Shown: positions 1-22,700 of the stretch, one piece after another
Layout: every line of letters starts with the position of its first letter
Numbering within the stretch: position 1 is the first letter of the stretch
Source of the DNA: Eledone cirrhosa
Lineage: Eukaryota
Assembly (NCBI GenBank): GCA_964016885.1
Contig: OZ024743.1
Span: 34,906,001 to 34,970,000, forward strand
DNA: 64,000 nucleotides
Reading direction: 5' to 3'
The notes under the pieces: generated by a model
The model's database searches: none
Seen by the model: the letters and a program-made list of their open reading frames with translations, nothing else
What the model was told of the DNA's origin: nothing
Made by a program: the position numbers and the translations under genes

Positions 1-115
1 GGAAGGCAACGTTAACCCCAGTAGGATTTGAACTTAAAGTAAAAACATAGAACAAATACTAGAACAAAGTATTTGTCCAATGTTCTAACAACTCTATCAA
101 TCCAATGTTCTGATA

Positions 116-304
116 ATAATTGTTTCTACTTTTGGCACAAGGCCAGCAATTACCCAGTGTATTACTGGTACTTTATTTTATCGACCCCCGTAAGGATGAA
201 AGACAAAGTCAACCTCGGCGGGATTTGAACTCAGATCGTAACGGGACGTAACTATGCTGGAAAGCATGGCGGCCGACCCTCTACCGATACTGCCAATCCA
301 CCCT
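116..304 (-). mobile_element. tRNA-headed SINE family A (representative; others at ~23427-23625 +, 21785-21990 -, 24310-24527 -, 40055-40452 - tandem pair, 59455-59810 - tandem pair, 62280-62480 +)
   Basis: B-box-like GAGTTCAAATCC, core GAGGTTRACTTTGCCTTTCATCC...GTCGATAAAATAAAGTACCAG, and tail GGCCTTGTGCCAAAAGTAGAAACAATTATT repeated across the window. Confidence 0.85.
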
Positions 305-507
305 GATAATAATGACTTCCCTTCTCCTACCATCTAAATTATCCCCACCCACCCTCTAATACTCACTGCCCACACATAAAGTGGGATATCTCAGTCCTGT
401 ATATACCCATCAAACGAGTCCCCCTCTCACACACTCCACAATAAGTTTCTAGTCATTATTTTCCCCTTTTTCAAGGACACCTCCGTGGCCCAAACACTTA
501 CTTTCAT

Positions 508-543
<36 letters not shown>

Positions 544-1184
544 TCCATTCTGGCAAGCAGAATGTAACTGCTATTGCCCCCTCCCCTCTAGTGTCACTTT
601 TACCATGCTCTCATCCCCCCCCCCCCCCAATTCCCATCACTGCCTGGCTGAAGATACAATAGCCCTAGTGCTGGCACCACAATAAATTGCACCCAGCCTA
701 TGCTGTAAAGTGGTAGTGTTGATGTCACAATAAAATACATTCAGTACACATGGTTAGCGTTAGAAAGGGCATTAAGCTGTAGAAACCATGCCAAAATGAA
801 AGATATAGGTATATTATCTGACTTGTCAAATGTCAGAACATGACAACCTGTCTAAACCCATGTCTGCATGGAAAAAGGATATAAAACAGAGGTTCACTTT
901 CTATGCTAGCATAAGTTGGATAGGTTATCATGGTCATAGTTCTTCTTTAGAATTACTGCCTTTCTAGATACCTTGCTCATTTCAAGCATTTCATAATAAT
1001 AACGGTTTCTAATTTAGACAATAAGACAGAAGTTTGGGCTGTGAAGATAAGTTGATTACATCAAACTCAGTCTTGACTAGCACTTTATTTTATGGACTCA
1101 GTAAAGATGAAATGCAAAGTTCATTTCGGGAGAATTTAATGTTTAGTTAGGATAAATGGTTGAATGGAAAAAAATAGGATTCAG

Positions 1185-1385
1185 TTGTTGTTGCTGTTTA
1201 GCCCAAGGTCAATCCTGGTTGAGTAGAAATATTATCAGAGGCATTCCAGCCATGCCTGTCCTGTCATTTTCCTTTGTGCAAATAACCAAGAACCACATTA
1301 TCCAACGTGTCCTGATAGATATGATTTAAGGAAGATTTAATTGTTATTTCTAGCAGAAAGGAGTGGAGACTCTCTCGTTGGTCCG
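1185..1385. repeat. Interspersed repeat family C (others at ~2340-2510, 6470-6680, 13655-13765; reversed at 55080-55320 and 60200-60360)
   Basis: Shared TTGTTTAGCCC...GAGCAGACCTATGATCAAAG...ACATTATCCAATGTGTCC...GCTATTTCTAGCAGG motifs. Confidence 0.7.
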
Positions 1386-2796
1386 AAATAATTCAATTCA
1401 TATGGAAAGGAAAATGGAATAGCAATAGGCTTAGGATAGCTTAAAGATATAGAACAGACCAAGGACTGCTCAAATAGTTATGACACAGGGGGAATTTGTA
1501 ACGTAGACTTGTCCAGTACATGCTATCAAGGTAAACAAATGGTTTGACGGTGTGACGATGGTGAGTTATTGGGGTTGCAGTTATAATTTTCTTTGGTGCA
1601 GCAGTCCGTATTTGCAGACACTTTTTCCGATACGATAGTTCCCTGTGTTAACAACGGCTTATATTCCTTTCACACATTAATTATACAAAAACCTCTGATT
1701 TAGATAGCTTTATTTGATGCCCCAGTCTTTGCACGTGTTTGTCTATCCAGGCATCGCACAATTAGTTACCATATCTTCGGAGAATTAAAAAACAAAATCC
1801 AAACGGAGAAAAAAAAAACGATATGGATGGAGACACTGATAGACCACAAAACAATATTGAGAAAGCTTTGATTTTTTAGTTACTTTATTGCCGAGGTAAC
1901 ATAAGCAACTAGTAGTTGCTATCCTGTTGCATTAGTTGAAATCATGATTTAGTGTGTGCAGCGGGTTTTACATAGAAATGGAATTGGATAGCGTAAATAT
2001 ACTTGAGGGTGACAAAATTACATACAGACTATTAACACAAGAGAGAGAGCACTGCACATAAGTTTCTCTAATGCGTTTCACTACTATATATAACTGGCCA
2101 CTATAGACTAAGTGTATGAATAAACTACATTTACACGGCATAGGTAATACATCTCATGTACTTTCCATAGTCATTTGCGTGTTCCTCTCAACTTCTAATT
2201 ACCTACGATTACTAACAAATAATATAGGGGGGGGGGGGGGGGTAGTTACAAAATTATGAATGTATGTGTATATAAATGTACACACACGCATTCAAAGGGT
2301 TTTCTTTAATATCAGACACAATTTCTATTTTAGTTTGGTTCCGGTTGTTGTCGCTGTCGAGCACTGATTGAGTAGGACTATGGCCAAATGTGTTCAGCCA
2401 AAGCATATCTAGAACTACATTAGCCAATGAGTCCTTCCTTTTTTTTTAAATATGATTTTAGGGGGAAAATCTAGCTGCTATTTCTAGCAAGTCAGACGAT
2501 CGTTTACTGGTTAACTCTAGTACTAACGTGAGATAGAATTAGTGTAGCCCTTATGTTGTTTTATGTATAGAACAATGAGTACATATACCGGTAGGCAAAA
2601 ATGCGCATATTTTCTTTGTCCGAGTATATTTAACATTCATTCTTTTCGTTAATTTATTTCATACAGACATTGGTCATAACCACAACTAAGCCAGCTAATT
2701 TCTAATTAGATGTAGAGCACCTTAACTGGATAAATGTCTCGAGTAGATGAATTAAGATGTGCCTTGTGATGAGGTTCATGTGTGTCTAGTTACCAT

Positions 2797-2840
<44 letters not shown>

Positions 2841-2922
2841 TATACAGACACTTACTCTAAAAAAAAGCATGGTTAAATTTTCCGAAATAACGAGAATATA
2901 TATTCCATTAACGTTAACTTAC

Positions 2923-2982
2923 TCGAGGCGGTGGTACATAATTTGATCCACGAGATACAACGGGTCTTCCTCTATATGACAT
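2923..2982 (-). CDS. Putative first coding exon of an unidentified divergent gene (MSYRGRPVVSRGSNYVPPPR)
   Basis: Minus strand reads GGA-ATG plus 20 open codons, ending CGA|GTAAGT (consensus donor at 2922-2917), in CpG-containing non-repeat sequence. No downstream exon was identified in the window. Confidence 0.5.
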
Positions 2983-3979
2983 TCCTTTTGCCGGATCAGT
3001 GTTGAGAAATAATTAAAATCCTATAACAAATCACAGCATCTGGGCGGCATTGCCTATGCTGTGCAAACCTTGTTGATCAACCGGTGTAAAATAAAAATGT
3101 GGACATCCAAAATATTCCTAATGGGATTTCGTGTATATTTGCTTTTAAACGACCCTTTCTCGTGAAAAAAACGATTTAACTCAGAATAAAAAATATATAT
3201 AACCCTTCATGTTATTATATTTGAGTCATAAAACTTTTCTAGCTAATAATTTCGATTGGGTTCCCATGAGGTAGACCGGATCTAATATTTCTGAGGCAAA
3301 TCTTCATATAGTATTGCCGGCGAACAAAGTTTATTAATTGATTTCTATTTTCACTTGCAATTATTTCGCTTTGTTGATGTCAAATATGTCACGATCCCCT
3401 TCCTAGAGCCTTTTCTTTTCTTTTTTATCTTATTGCAGAAGATTTATATATTTGGACAATGTATTATTCGACAATACATTGTAATAAACATAAAACTAGG
3501 ACTAAAATTAAAAAAAATTTTTTTTTCATTCAGGAATTTATTAATAATATAAGAATTCAAAAATCTAATATTCGGTTAGCGAACGGTTATTGTTATATAT
3601 TGACTGGATTTCATTTAGCACCACATACTCAAGGATAATGCAGTATCATTAACAATAGAACTCAAATAAGAAAATGAAAATATTTCGCCCCATTCACCGA
3701 ATGGCTTGCTCATGTACGTACGTACAAGCCGACAAGGAAACCTTAAACCTAACCTTTACACAAACTAGCCCTAACGAAATGGATCCGGTGAATCAGATGA
3801 GATATTTCCGTTTTATTTCGAAATCTATTTTCAATGATGGATAGTATATGGGTACTGCCAAATGCGAAGTGAAATGGTGATAACTTTTCCTTTCTCCAGT
3901 ACAATGGCTCGGGAATTTACCGGCTTGAAGCCTATGCTTATTCTGATAAGTAGATCCGTAAGGCAAATGATCTCTCATG

Positions 3980-4675
3980 ATGTCGTCGTCGTAATCTTCT
4001 TCTTCTGCTGCTTGAGAGGGTCGTGAAGGCAGAGTCCTCAAATACTCTTTCCAGCGGGTCCTGTCAGAAGCAACCATCTCCAACTGATCTGGTTTGATCC
4101 TGAAGCTCATGGATGTTATCTAACCATTTTGTTCGGAGTCTACCCCTGGGTCTCCTACTTGTTAGTTTTGCCCGTAAAATCTGTCCAGCGACATTCTAAC
4201 CACATGCCCATAGTATCGGAGCTGTGATCTCTCAATTCGGAGAAGTAGCGGCTCTACTTGGAAATGACTCTGATCTCCGAGCTACGCACTTTATCGAGTA
4301 ATGTTACTCCATAGACCTTTCGGAGGAATCCAATTTCTGCCGCTTGTATTCGCGATCGTATTCTTTCGGTCAATACCCAAGTTTCATGGCCATAGGTAAA
4401 GGTTGACACGAAAACCGAATTGAAGACAGCGAGTTTGGTTTTTACGCCTGAATACTGAATGCTGAAGCTGGCACATTACTGCACCAACTTTTCCAATTCT
4501 TGCACTTAATTAAGCCTCCTGCCTTCCATCACTCGTAAACATGGTCCGTAGATACTTGAACTTCTCTACCTGCTTCAGGGGAACTCCATTCATATGTAAC
4601 GTGCACTGCACAGACCTCCTTGAGAGGGCGAATGTCTCAGTTTTCGCAGCACTGATTTTCATTCGACCTGACTGG
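3980..4675 (-). mobile_element. 5'-truncated, decayed RTE-clade LINE (Rex3/Expander-like) RT C-terminus
   Basis: Minus translation gives MKISAAKTE...QVEKFKYL...PTFTYGHETWVLTERIRSRIQAAEIGFLR...QLRYYGHVVRM...RPRGR...DRTRWKEYLRTLPSRP, followed by a (GAA)n-like tail. Contains stops and frameshifts. Confidence 0.8.
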
Positions 4676-5509
4676 TAATAACATCACAAACATGTTCATA
4701 GCAAGTTCAAAAAGTATCACTGAAATAGCATATCTAATGATAATTTACTCTTTAGGTATGTGTCGCTCAAAGGTTGTAGGCTCAGCAGACGCTCGGGTTA
4801 AAGTTATTGTTCAGAATGGGGCACGGTGCCTCTTCAAACAGCTTATAGGATATGAATCCATAGACATTTTCGTGGTCCATGCACAGCACTGCTATATCCC
4901 TCGTGTCTTGAGCTTCCCTAATCAACTAGGTGACCCCACCTAAATGCTCTAGATATCCCTGCATCCTCGGAATATCTCTTTTCTAAACCGAGGTATCAAT
5001 GAAGGAGTTCCTCAAGCACCAAACGTTAGCTTGGGCACTAATTTAACTGACGATGTTCAGTTACTCAATGTGGATCTGAGGGTTTATCTCCGTGCGCAGT
5101 TGCACCGTCTGTACGCGTTTCATTTCAGCCTGATCGATCTTGAGAGTTTCATAATATTTAAAGGACCACAAGTAATCTATTATACCTAGATTCAATTTTC
5201 AACCAGGGACCCCATACAAACTTAATGCTTGATACCATGTAGGTTCTTACACATTTTACCATAAATGCATTCCATAATTATCAGTTTATTTGTATTGTCA
5301 TGTGTCGGTATCTGTTGGTCCCTCCGAATGTGATTCTTATCGCCCTCTCTCGAGAATCACTGGGTCTATCTTCCCTCAGGTTAATTTGTAGCTTTCTGTG
5401 GGTTCTTCCTTCAGAAGATGCTGAGGGGGTTCCTTATCCTCACTGTTCTGTTGCGGTCTCTCCAAACTGTTCTCTCTTGGTCACTGGTTGTTCCAGACGA
5501 AGGTATTTA

Positions 5510-5850
5510 TGGACATATCATTGGATGCTTTGGTCTTTCAACAACGAAATGCCCTCACCCTGGTCACCTAGCTGGGGTTGATCAAGCTCCGGTTGTGTCC
5601 AGGTAGCATGACCTCATCCATGGTTCACATCTCCTTATCCATAGCTACCTTGCAACAACTTCTGATGTTGTAGTGGCAAACTTAATTATTGAGTCCTGTG
5701 GTGTCCAGTACCTTGTAGCCGCTGTTGGGAGACAAGCCTGCAAACTCTCAGCATCTTACAACAATTGGCTCACTCTACATTAATTGTTTAGGCATACTTC
5801 CACTAGTTATGCATATTTATCTCTTTTCTTTTCGTTGGCTTCCTTTGCGC
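5510..5850 (-). mobile_element. 3' fragment of a restriction-like-endonuclease non-LTR retrotransposon (HERO-like)
   Basis: Minus strand gives EANEKKRDKYA*LVE...EPIVVRC...FAG...LWIRRCEPW, then a 3' UTR CTTGATCAACCCCAGCTAGGTGACCAGGGTGAGGGC...TTGAAAGACC that resembles HERO 3' ends as I remember them. Confidence 0.65.
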
Positions 5851-6196
5851 GATACGAAATTACATATAAGTTTTAACGTAGTTGGGTCCCTTTATTTCTG
5901 AAAATAATTATTTAAATACTAATTAATCAAGAATATACATTTATAACATTATTGTAATATTTGAGATTTTAATTCTCAAAAGGTTAAAAAAATAAAGTTA
6001 ATTAAAAATTCGTAAATCTCATTTTTTCAAAACCGGTGTTAACAGAAAAATATTCCTGGTCGAAGTGTTACTTTCTCTTGTATCTGTTATTTGCCACCGC
6101 CTTCATGTAAATACATACATATACAACTATTTAATTATCTCTCATAAGGGACAAGCGACATAACCGCTTTGTTTAAATAAATTTTAAATTTCGAAG

Positions 6197-17235
<11,039 letters not shown>

Positions 17236-17371
17236 TTAAAACAAATCGACCCCTATTCTCAACAATCAGACTTTATTTTTCCAACACAACCATGTTATAT
17301 TTATTCATTTCAAGTTTGTACAGCTTCAAACGTTTTGAACTATGGCTTGAAGAAGCCTAACCATTGTGAGA

Positions 17372-17377
17372 AATAAA
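17372..17377 (+). terminator. Candidate polyadenylation signal of RABGGTB
   Basis: AATAAA about 140 nt after the stop codon, with a GT-rich stretch downstream. Confidence 0.45.
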
Positions 17378-17925
17378 TTTAAAATTATGTAAGAGATTGT
17401 CTGTGTGCATATATCTGAAAAAGTTTTATGATTGACTGAATTATTGCTGACATAAAGAGAGAATATTGATGTCAGTGGAATAGCATAACAATGGAGTCTG
17501 TCACAACAACAATTAAATAGCAACCAAATTCCCCTCAAATCACGCTCTACTCTCTTGTGTGTGTATTTGGGGGAGATTCCTACGTGGCAGCTATATCTAT
17601 TAGAAATAACAGCCAAATCTTCCTCATATTACACTCTTCTGTTTTATGTATGTATAATTGTATATATGAACCAATGAGGGAGACCTCTTTGTGGAAACTC
17701 AACTTGACAGAAATAGCAGTCATATCATCTTAAAATTACACCCTACTATTTCATTGTGTCTAATGCCCTAATGATTCTGCTAATCCATTGTTCTGTTACA
17801 CAAGCCAGAAATTTGATGGGAAGGGATAGTTGATTAATATCATCCTAATACTTAACCAGTACTTATTTTATTGACCCTGTATGTTTGGGTCTAGGTGTGT
17901 TTGTCATCATCATCATCATCATCGT

Positions 17926-18137
17926 TTAATCCTTTAGCATTTACATTACTCTATATTTATTGTATTTTCGTGGTATAGGCTTTATCTCACATAATATCGA
18001 ACCTGAGATTTTGATATTATTTATTTTGAGAACAATACCTTAACACAAGTATGAGTCGCAGGTTATAGCTAGTTTAAACAGAAAGAGGTGTGAGAATTCT
18101 GGCCGCATACGGCCGGTTTAAATGCTAAAGAGGTTAA
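17926..18137 (+). mobile_element. piggyBac-type MITE copy inserted in a SINE tail
   Basis: Splits the CATCGTTTAA/tGTCCATTTCCCATGC SINE tail at TTAA. Confidence 0.82.
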
Positions 18138-18289
18138 TGTCCATTTCCCATGCTTGCAAGGGTCAGATGGGTTTTCACGTTATGAGACAATTCAAGTCAG
18201 GAGACCATGTCTTGCTTATATGGATCTGTATTTTGGATTAGTTTCTACAGCTGGATGCCCTTCCTAACACCAATCACATTACAGTGTGG

Positions 18290-18630
18290 ACTGAGTGCTT
18301 GTTATCGTGTCGCCAAAACGACCATCTAACTGGGTGAACTGGTGGACGATTTTTGTCATGTCACCTTACAGAGTGGAATGAGTGCTTTTTGTCGTGTCAG
18401 CAGCACAACTATCTTACAGGGTGGATTGGCTGCTTTTTGTCATGTCACTATCACAATCACCTTACGAGGAGAAACTGGGCACTTTTTGTCATGTCACTAG
18501 CATGACTACCTTACAGTGTGGACTGGGCGCTTTTTTTCGTGTCACTAGCATGATCACCTAACAAGGTGAACAGGACACTTTTTATTGTGTTACCAACACA
18601 ATCACCTTACAGGGTGGACTGGGTTCTTTT
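18290..18630. repeat. Minisatellite, ~45-bp unit, inside a SINE-B copy
   Basis: Repeated ACCTTACAGNGTGGACTGGGYGCTTTTTGTCATGTCACTAGCA. Confidence 0.8.
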
Positions 18631-19403
18631 TATCATGTCCCGATGTGCAATTAAGTGTGAGAGAAAGGCAGAGCTTGGATGAGCTGAGAGAGAGGCTAGG
18701 TTGAAGAGGAATCCGAAGAGAAGACTGCATTGGTATGGACATGTGATGCTCATGGACAATGATCATTGGGTGAGTAAATGCCAGTGGAAGGAAGCCATAG
18801 TAGAGGTAGACCAAGAAAGACCTGGACTGAGGTTATGAGAGTTGACCTCAAATTACTGAGACTCAGAGGAGATGACAAATGAACGCAATGAGTGGAGAGA
18901 TGCCATGCTGACAAGGACCTACATAAGAATGGAAAAACTGACGTAAATAGGATGGTGATTATGTATGTTTGTGCAGTGATACACATGTAATATTAAATAT
19001 TCACCCTTGCTCATTCACACATATATATATATGGGAAAAGGAAAAAGAGAGTGGCGAGATATAAAAGAGGAATAGTTAGCAATAGACAGTGTAAATGAGT
19101 AATGGAAAGAGGTAAAAAGTACAAAGTGTGGCAGAAATGGAGGAACAAAAGATTGTTATATAAAATGGAGATACACACAAACTTTTAGAAATACTTATTA
19201 AATGTAGAAGAGGCAGTGCCCATGCCCTTTGCAGGCTCTTGTAGACCAACTAGGTTGATGCTGTTGATATTCAGTTTAAATTGATGCTTATGGGACAAAA
19301 ACAAGAATATTCACACATTGAATATAAACATGCTCTAAATAATATATTCATACAAAGTTGCAATAATTATTTTTTTAGAAATTGTCCACTGAGTCATCTC
19401 TTT

Positions 19404-19431
19404 CCAGTGCAACGTCGGGTGCTACCGCTAG
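19404..19431 (+). mobile_element. Helitron-like 3' terminus
   Basis: CCAGTGCAACGTCGGGTGCTACCGCTAG|T resembles the end of the 26336-26982 element. Confidence 0.55.
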
Positions 19432-19841
19432 TAACTTAGTATTTTTATTTTTACTAACAGTAAATATTAAGGGAGATAACTGTGTTTATTTTGCTTTACT
19501 GAATGCCCTTTTGATTGAACATTCGGAAGAATTGACGTACGATTTATATACAGGTACATAAACAGAAGTATTAGGACAGAGGATCGCAAAATTATTTTGA
19601 TTTTAGATAAATGTTCTGTATATCTTAATGCTGAATGATGCTAGAAAATGGTCATACCTTTCGTTATTTACACCCCCCCCCCCCTTAAAACATAATAATA
19701 TGATTCATAGCTGATTTGCGTGAAAAGCACTATAAATATTTATATCTCTACTTGGAGCTTTTAAAAATTATATATACCTTTTTATTGTGTATGATTTAAA
19801 AACATTAGTCTTCACTATATAGATCTATGATTTTCTATGTA

Positions 19842-19890
19842 CTAATAATCCGGCACTTCGTTTAGTCCGGAAAAATTCCGACATGGCACC
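19842..19890 (+). mobile_element. Remnant of the Tigger left terminal/subterminal repeat
   Basis: TAATCCGGCAC...TAGTCCGGAAA is typical of Tigger-like ends. I see no clean TA-CAGT terminus and no matching right TIR. Confidence 0.45.
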
Positions 19891-20006
19891 TGAAATTTCT
19901 TCGACCGTCAGACTTGGGTGCAACTATTTACTCTACCATTGTGATTGTTGGTTCTCAATTTTGTGCGATATTTTAAAAGTAATTTTACTGACATTTAACC
20001 TTAGAT

Positions 20007-21632
20007 ATGGCTTCTAAGAAAGATGCAAGTGTCGGTTGTGGTGTAAAACGTAAACACCAGTCTATATCGATACAAGATAAAGTAGAACTATTGCATAAAC
20101 TGGACAGTGGCGTTTCAATACGGAAACTGTGCGAAATATATGGTATCGGTTCATCAACTGTTTATGATATTAAGAAGCAAAGAGAGAAGCTATTGAAATT
20201 CTACGCCGACAGTGGTTGTAAGAAGCAAATGAGTAGAAGAAAAACTATGAAAGGCGTTAAGAGTATTGAACATGAGCGACTTATGAAAGAGTGGATTAAT
20301 CAACGTCAGGACGAGGGAGAGGAATTACCTAGCAGTATGTTAATGGAACAAGCTAAGGTTTTCCATCGTCAACTTAATTTAGAATATGAATGCGACTATA
20401 GTGAAGGGTGGCTTCATAGGTTTAAGAAGCGTCACGGAATTTCCTTTCAGAAAGTGTGTGGGGAAAAATCATCTGTAAAACACGAAGGAATTGTCGAGTA
20501 CGTTGAGAAATTTTCTAAACTTATAGCTGAAGAAAACCTCACACCCGAACAAGTGTATAATGCTGATGAAACAACATTATATTGGCGATGTATACCTAAG
20601 GACATTTTAAGAAAAGACGAAGAAGGGTTAAAACGATCTAAGGAAACTGTCACCATTCTAGGCTGCTCAAACGCAGCAGGCACCCATCGATGTAAGCCAC
20701 TTGTTGTAGGAAAAGGTAAATGTCCTATTACTTTGAAAGACATGAAAGATTACCCAATAATATACCGCACAAATAAAAATGGTAACATTACCACAGGGAT
20801 TACCCTAGAATGGTTACAAAAATATTTTGTGCCAGAAGCCAGAGCGCATTGTACATCTATAGGTCTACCAGAGGATTGTAAAATTCTTCTGATTTTGGAT
20901 AACTGTTCCACTCACCCTAATGCTGAATTATGCCAGAAAAATGTCTTTACCTTGTATTTACCACCAAAGTGTACATCACATATCCAACCGCAGGAGCAAG
21001 GAATACTTCACTGTATGAAAACAGAGTATCGCTTACTTTTCATGAGACATATATTAGATGTAGTAAATGCTGAGAGGCCTTTAGAGACGTTTTTGATAGA
21101 ATTTAACATAGAAGACCTGCTTTATTATGTTGCTAATGCTTGGCAGAACCTGCCAACATCAATACTAAAAGCAGGTTGGTATAAGTTATGGCCAGATTTG
21201 ATGTTTGAAGAAAAGCGTCGTGATGACTTAAGAGCATTCCATCTAAGAAAGGAAAAAGAAGTTGTTGATGAGTTGCTGGATTATGCAGAGAACGTTACAG
21301 GATATGTTGCAAAGACCGTAGCTGATAAACTTAATAATGAAAACCTGTCTGAATGGCTAAGTATCGACGAAGTATCACCTATTGTCTATCACTATATTGA
21401 CCCTGATATTATAGATGCTTCTCAAATATCTGGTACAAACGAGGAAAATACTGAAGAATGCAATAATGAAGGTAAAGAAGAAGACGAAAGATTTAGTATT
21501 GATAAGATAATTGATTTATTGGCTGAAGTAATTACAGGGTTAGAACAACGTACCTTTATGACTGAACAAGAGCTAATGAATCTGTATTTGATATATGAAA
21601 AACTACAAGTGGAAAGATCAAAGCAACTGTAA
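20007..21632 (+). CDS. Tigger/pogo transposase-derived protein (JRK/TIGD/CENP-B-like), intact single-exon ORF, 541 aa
   Basis: KRKHQSISIQDKVELL...YGIGSSTVYDIKK (HTH-psq); SEGWLHRFKKRHGI (CENP-B-type HTH); DDE_1 motifs VYNADET, LILDNCSTH and IQPQEQGI; acidic C-terminal region. Confidence 0.92.
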   Translation: MASKKDASVGCGVKRKHQSISIQDKVELLHKLDSGVSIRKLCEIYGIGSSTVYDIKKQREKLLKFYADSGCKKQMSRRKTMKGVKSIEHERLMKEWINQRQDEGEELPSSMLMEQAKVFHRQLNLEYECDYSEGWLHRFKKRHGISFQKVCGEKSSVKHEGIVEYVEKFSKLIAEENLTPEQVYNADETTLYWRCIPKDILRKDEEGLKRSKETVTILGCSNAAGTHRCKPLVVGKGKCPITLKDMKDYPIIYRTNKNGNITTGITLEWLQKYFVPEARAHCTSIGLPEDCKILLILDNCSTHPNAELCQKNVFTLYLPPKCTSHIQPQEQGILHCMKTEYRLLFMRHILDVVNAERPLETFLIEFNIEDLLYYVANAWQNLPTSILKAGWYKLWPDLMFEEKRRDDLRAFHLRKEKEVVDELLDYAENVTGYVAKTVADKLNNENLSEWLSIDEVSPIVYHYIDPDIIDASQISGTNEENTEECNNEGKEEDERFSIDKIIDLLAEVITGLEQRTFMTEQELMNLYLIYEKLQVERSKQL

Positions 21633-22700
21633 CGAATTTTCTGGGAGGAAGTGAAATTCCCAACCTGAAACAGTTCTTGTAACAGACAACTTTCTATTGA
21701 ATTGACAGACCATCTCTGGTCGTTTCACATTCTGGATTTATCTTTATTTATAAAGATTAACAAGATGAATCGATAAGGCATAATAATGGTTTCTGATTTA
21801 GGCACAAGGCCAACAATTTTGATGGACTGGGAAGTCAGTTAAATCAGATCCAGTGCACTACTGGTACTTTATAATATCGATCCTGTATGGATGAAAGGTA
21901 AAGCTAACCTCGTGCATGAGGTTGAACTCAGAAAGAAGTGCTGAACACAAATACTGCTAAACATTTGTCCCATGCTCTAACAACTACCAACACTACATGC
22001 GTAAAACTAAAACCTTACTATTGTGCTGTTCCTGAGCAAAGCACATAACTCTGAGTACTTCAGTGCACTTGACTGACATACAAGTTTCACTCCCTACATC
22101 ATAGTTGAATGTTAAGTGTTACAAGTAAAACTATCTCAGTCATGCTAGCACAAGAAAGAGGGGCATTAAAAAGGATATGTTTAATGTATTTGCATCTGAA
22201 AACTCTAATTTCAAATGTACCACAACATATTTAATGCATGCTGAAACTTAACTATAAATCACACATTAACATTCCAATTTCCATAAATCTGGAGTTACAT
22301 CGAAAACTTAAACTTTCCACCTTTGGTGTTGATAATATTTAAAACATTTCTGTATGTACAAATATTGATAAACATGTATTATTTTGACTCAGCTAACTAA
22401 AATGAATCATTGTTTTATTATTTCATCAAAGGGTGTAATTTACATACCACTAATGTAGTTTTGAATAGTATTACATATGGTGGGTACTAACATACTTAAG
22501 ATAGTGAGCCGAGAAATGTTAATGAATTAAAATTACCTGGTAATGATGAAAAAAAATAATAATCATCTTAATTATTTTTCTGATCAAGAAAGGTAAGGAA
22601 TACAACCCTGAAATTCAAATTCATTAAAAACAGAATGCAGTAGAGAGTAAGTTTGATTTTTGTCAGTAAATTAACAACAACTGTTCACTACACAGTTCAC

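Larger units (their letters stand above)
2983..6196. promoter_or_regulatory. Upstream/promoter region between RABGGTB and the putative divergent gene
   Basis: Lies between two head-to-head ATG exons. By eye it has more CpG near 2900-3800 and 5850-6320 than the gene-body introns. Interrupted by LINE fragments. Confidence 0.4.

Noticed and set aside
2849-2868. tttttttag-A-gtaagt on minus (1-nt exon or recursive site)
   Set aside because: It is not an AG|GT ratchet site, and a 1-nt exon is unsupported.
18290-18630. Regularly spaced repeats superficially like a CRISPR array
   Set aside because: Eukaryotic context, degenerate tandem units without unique spacers, and no cas genes. It is a SINE-internal minisatellite.
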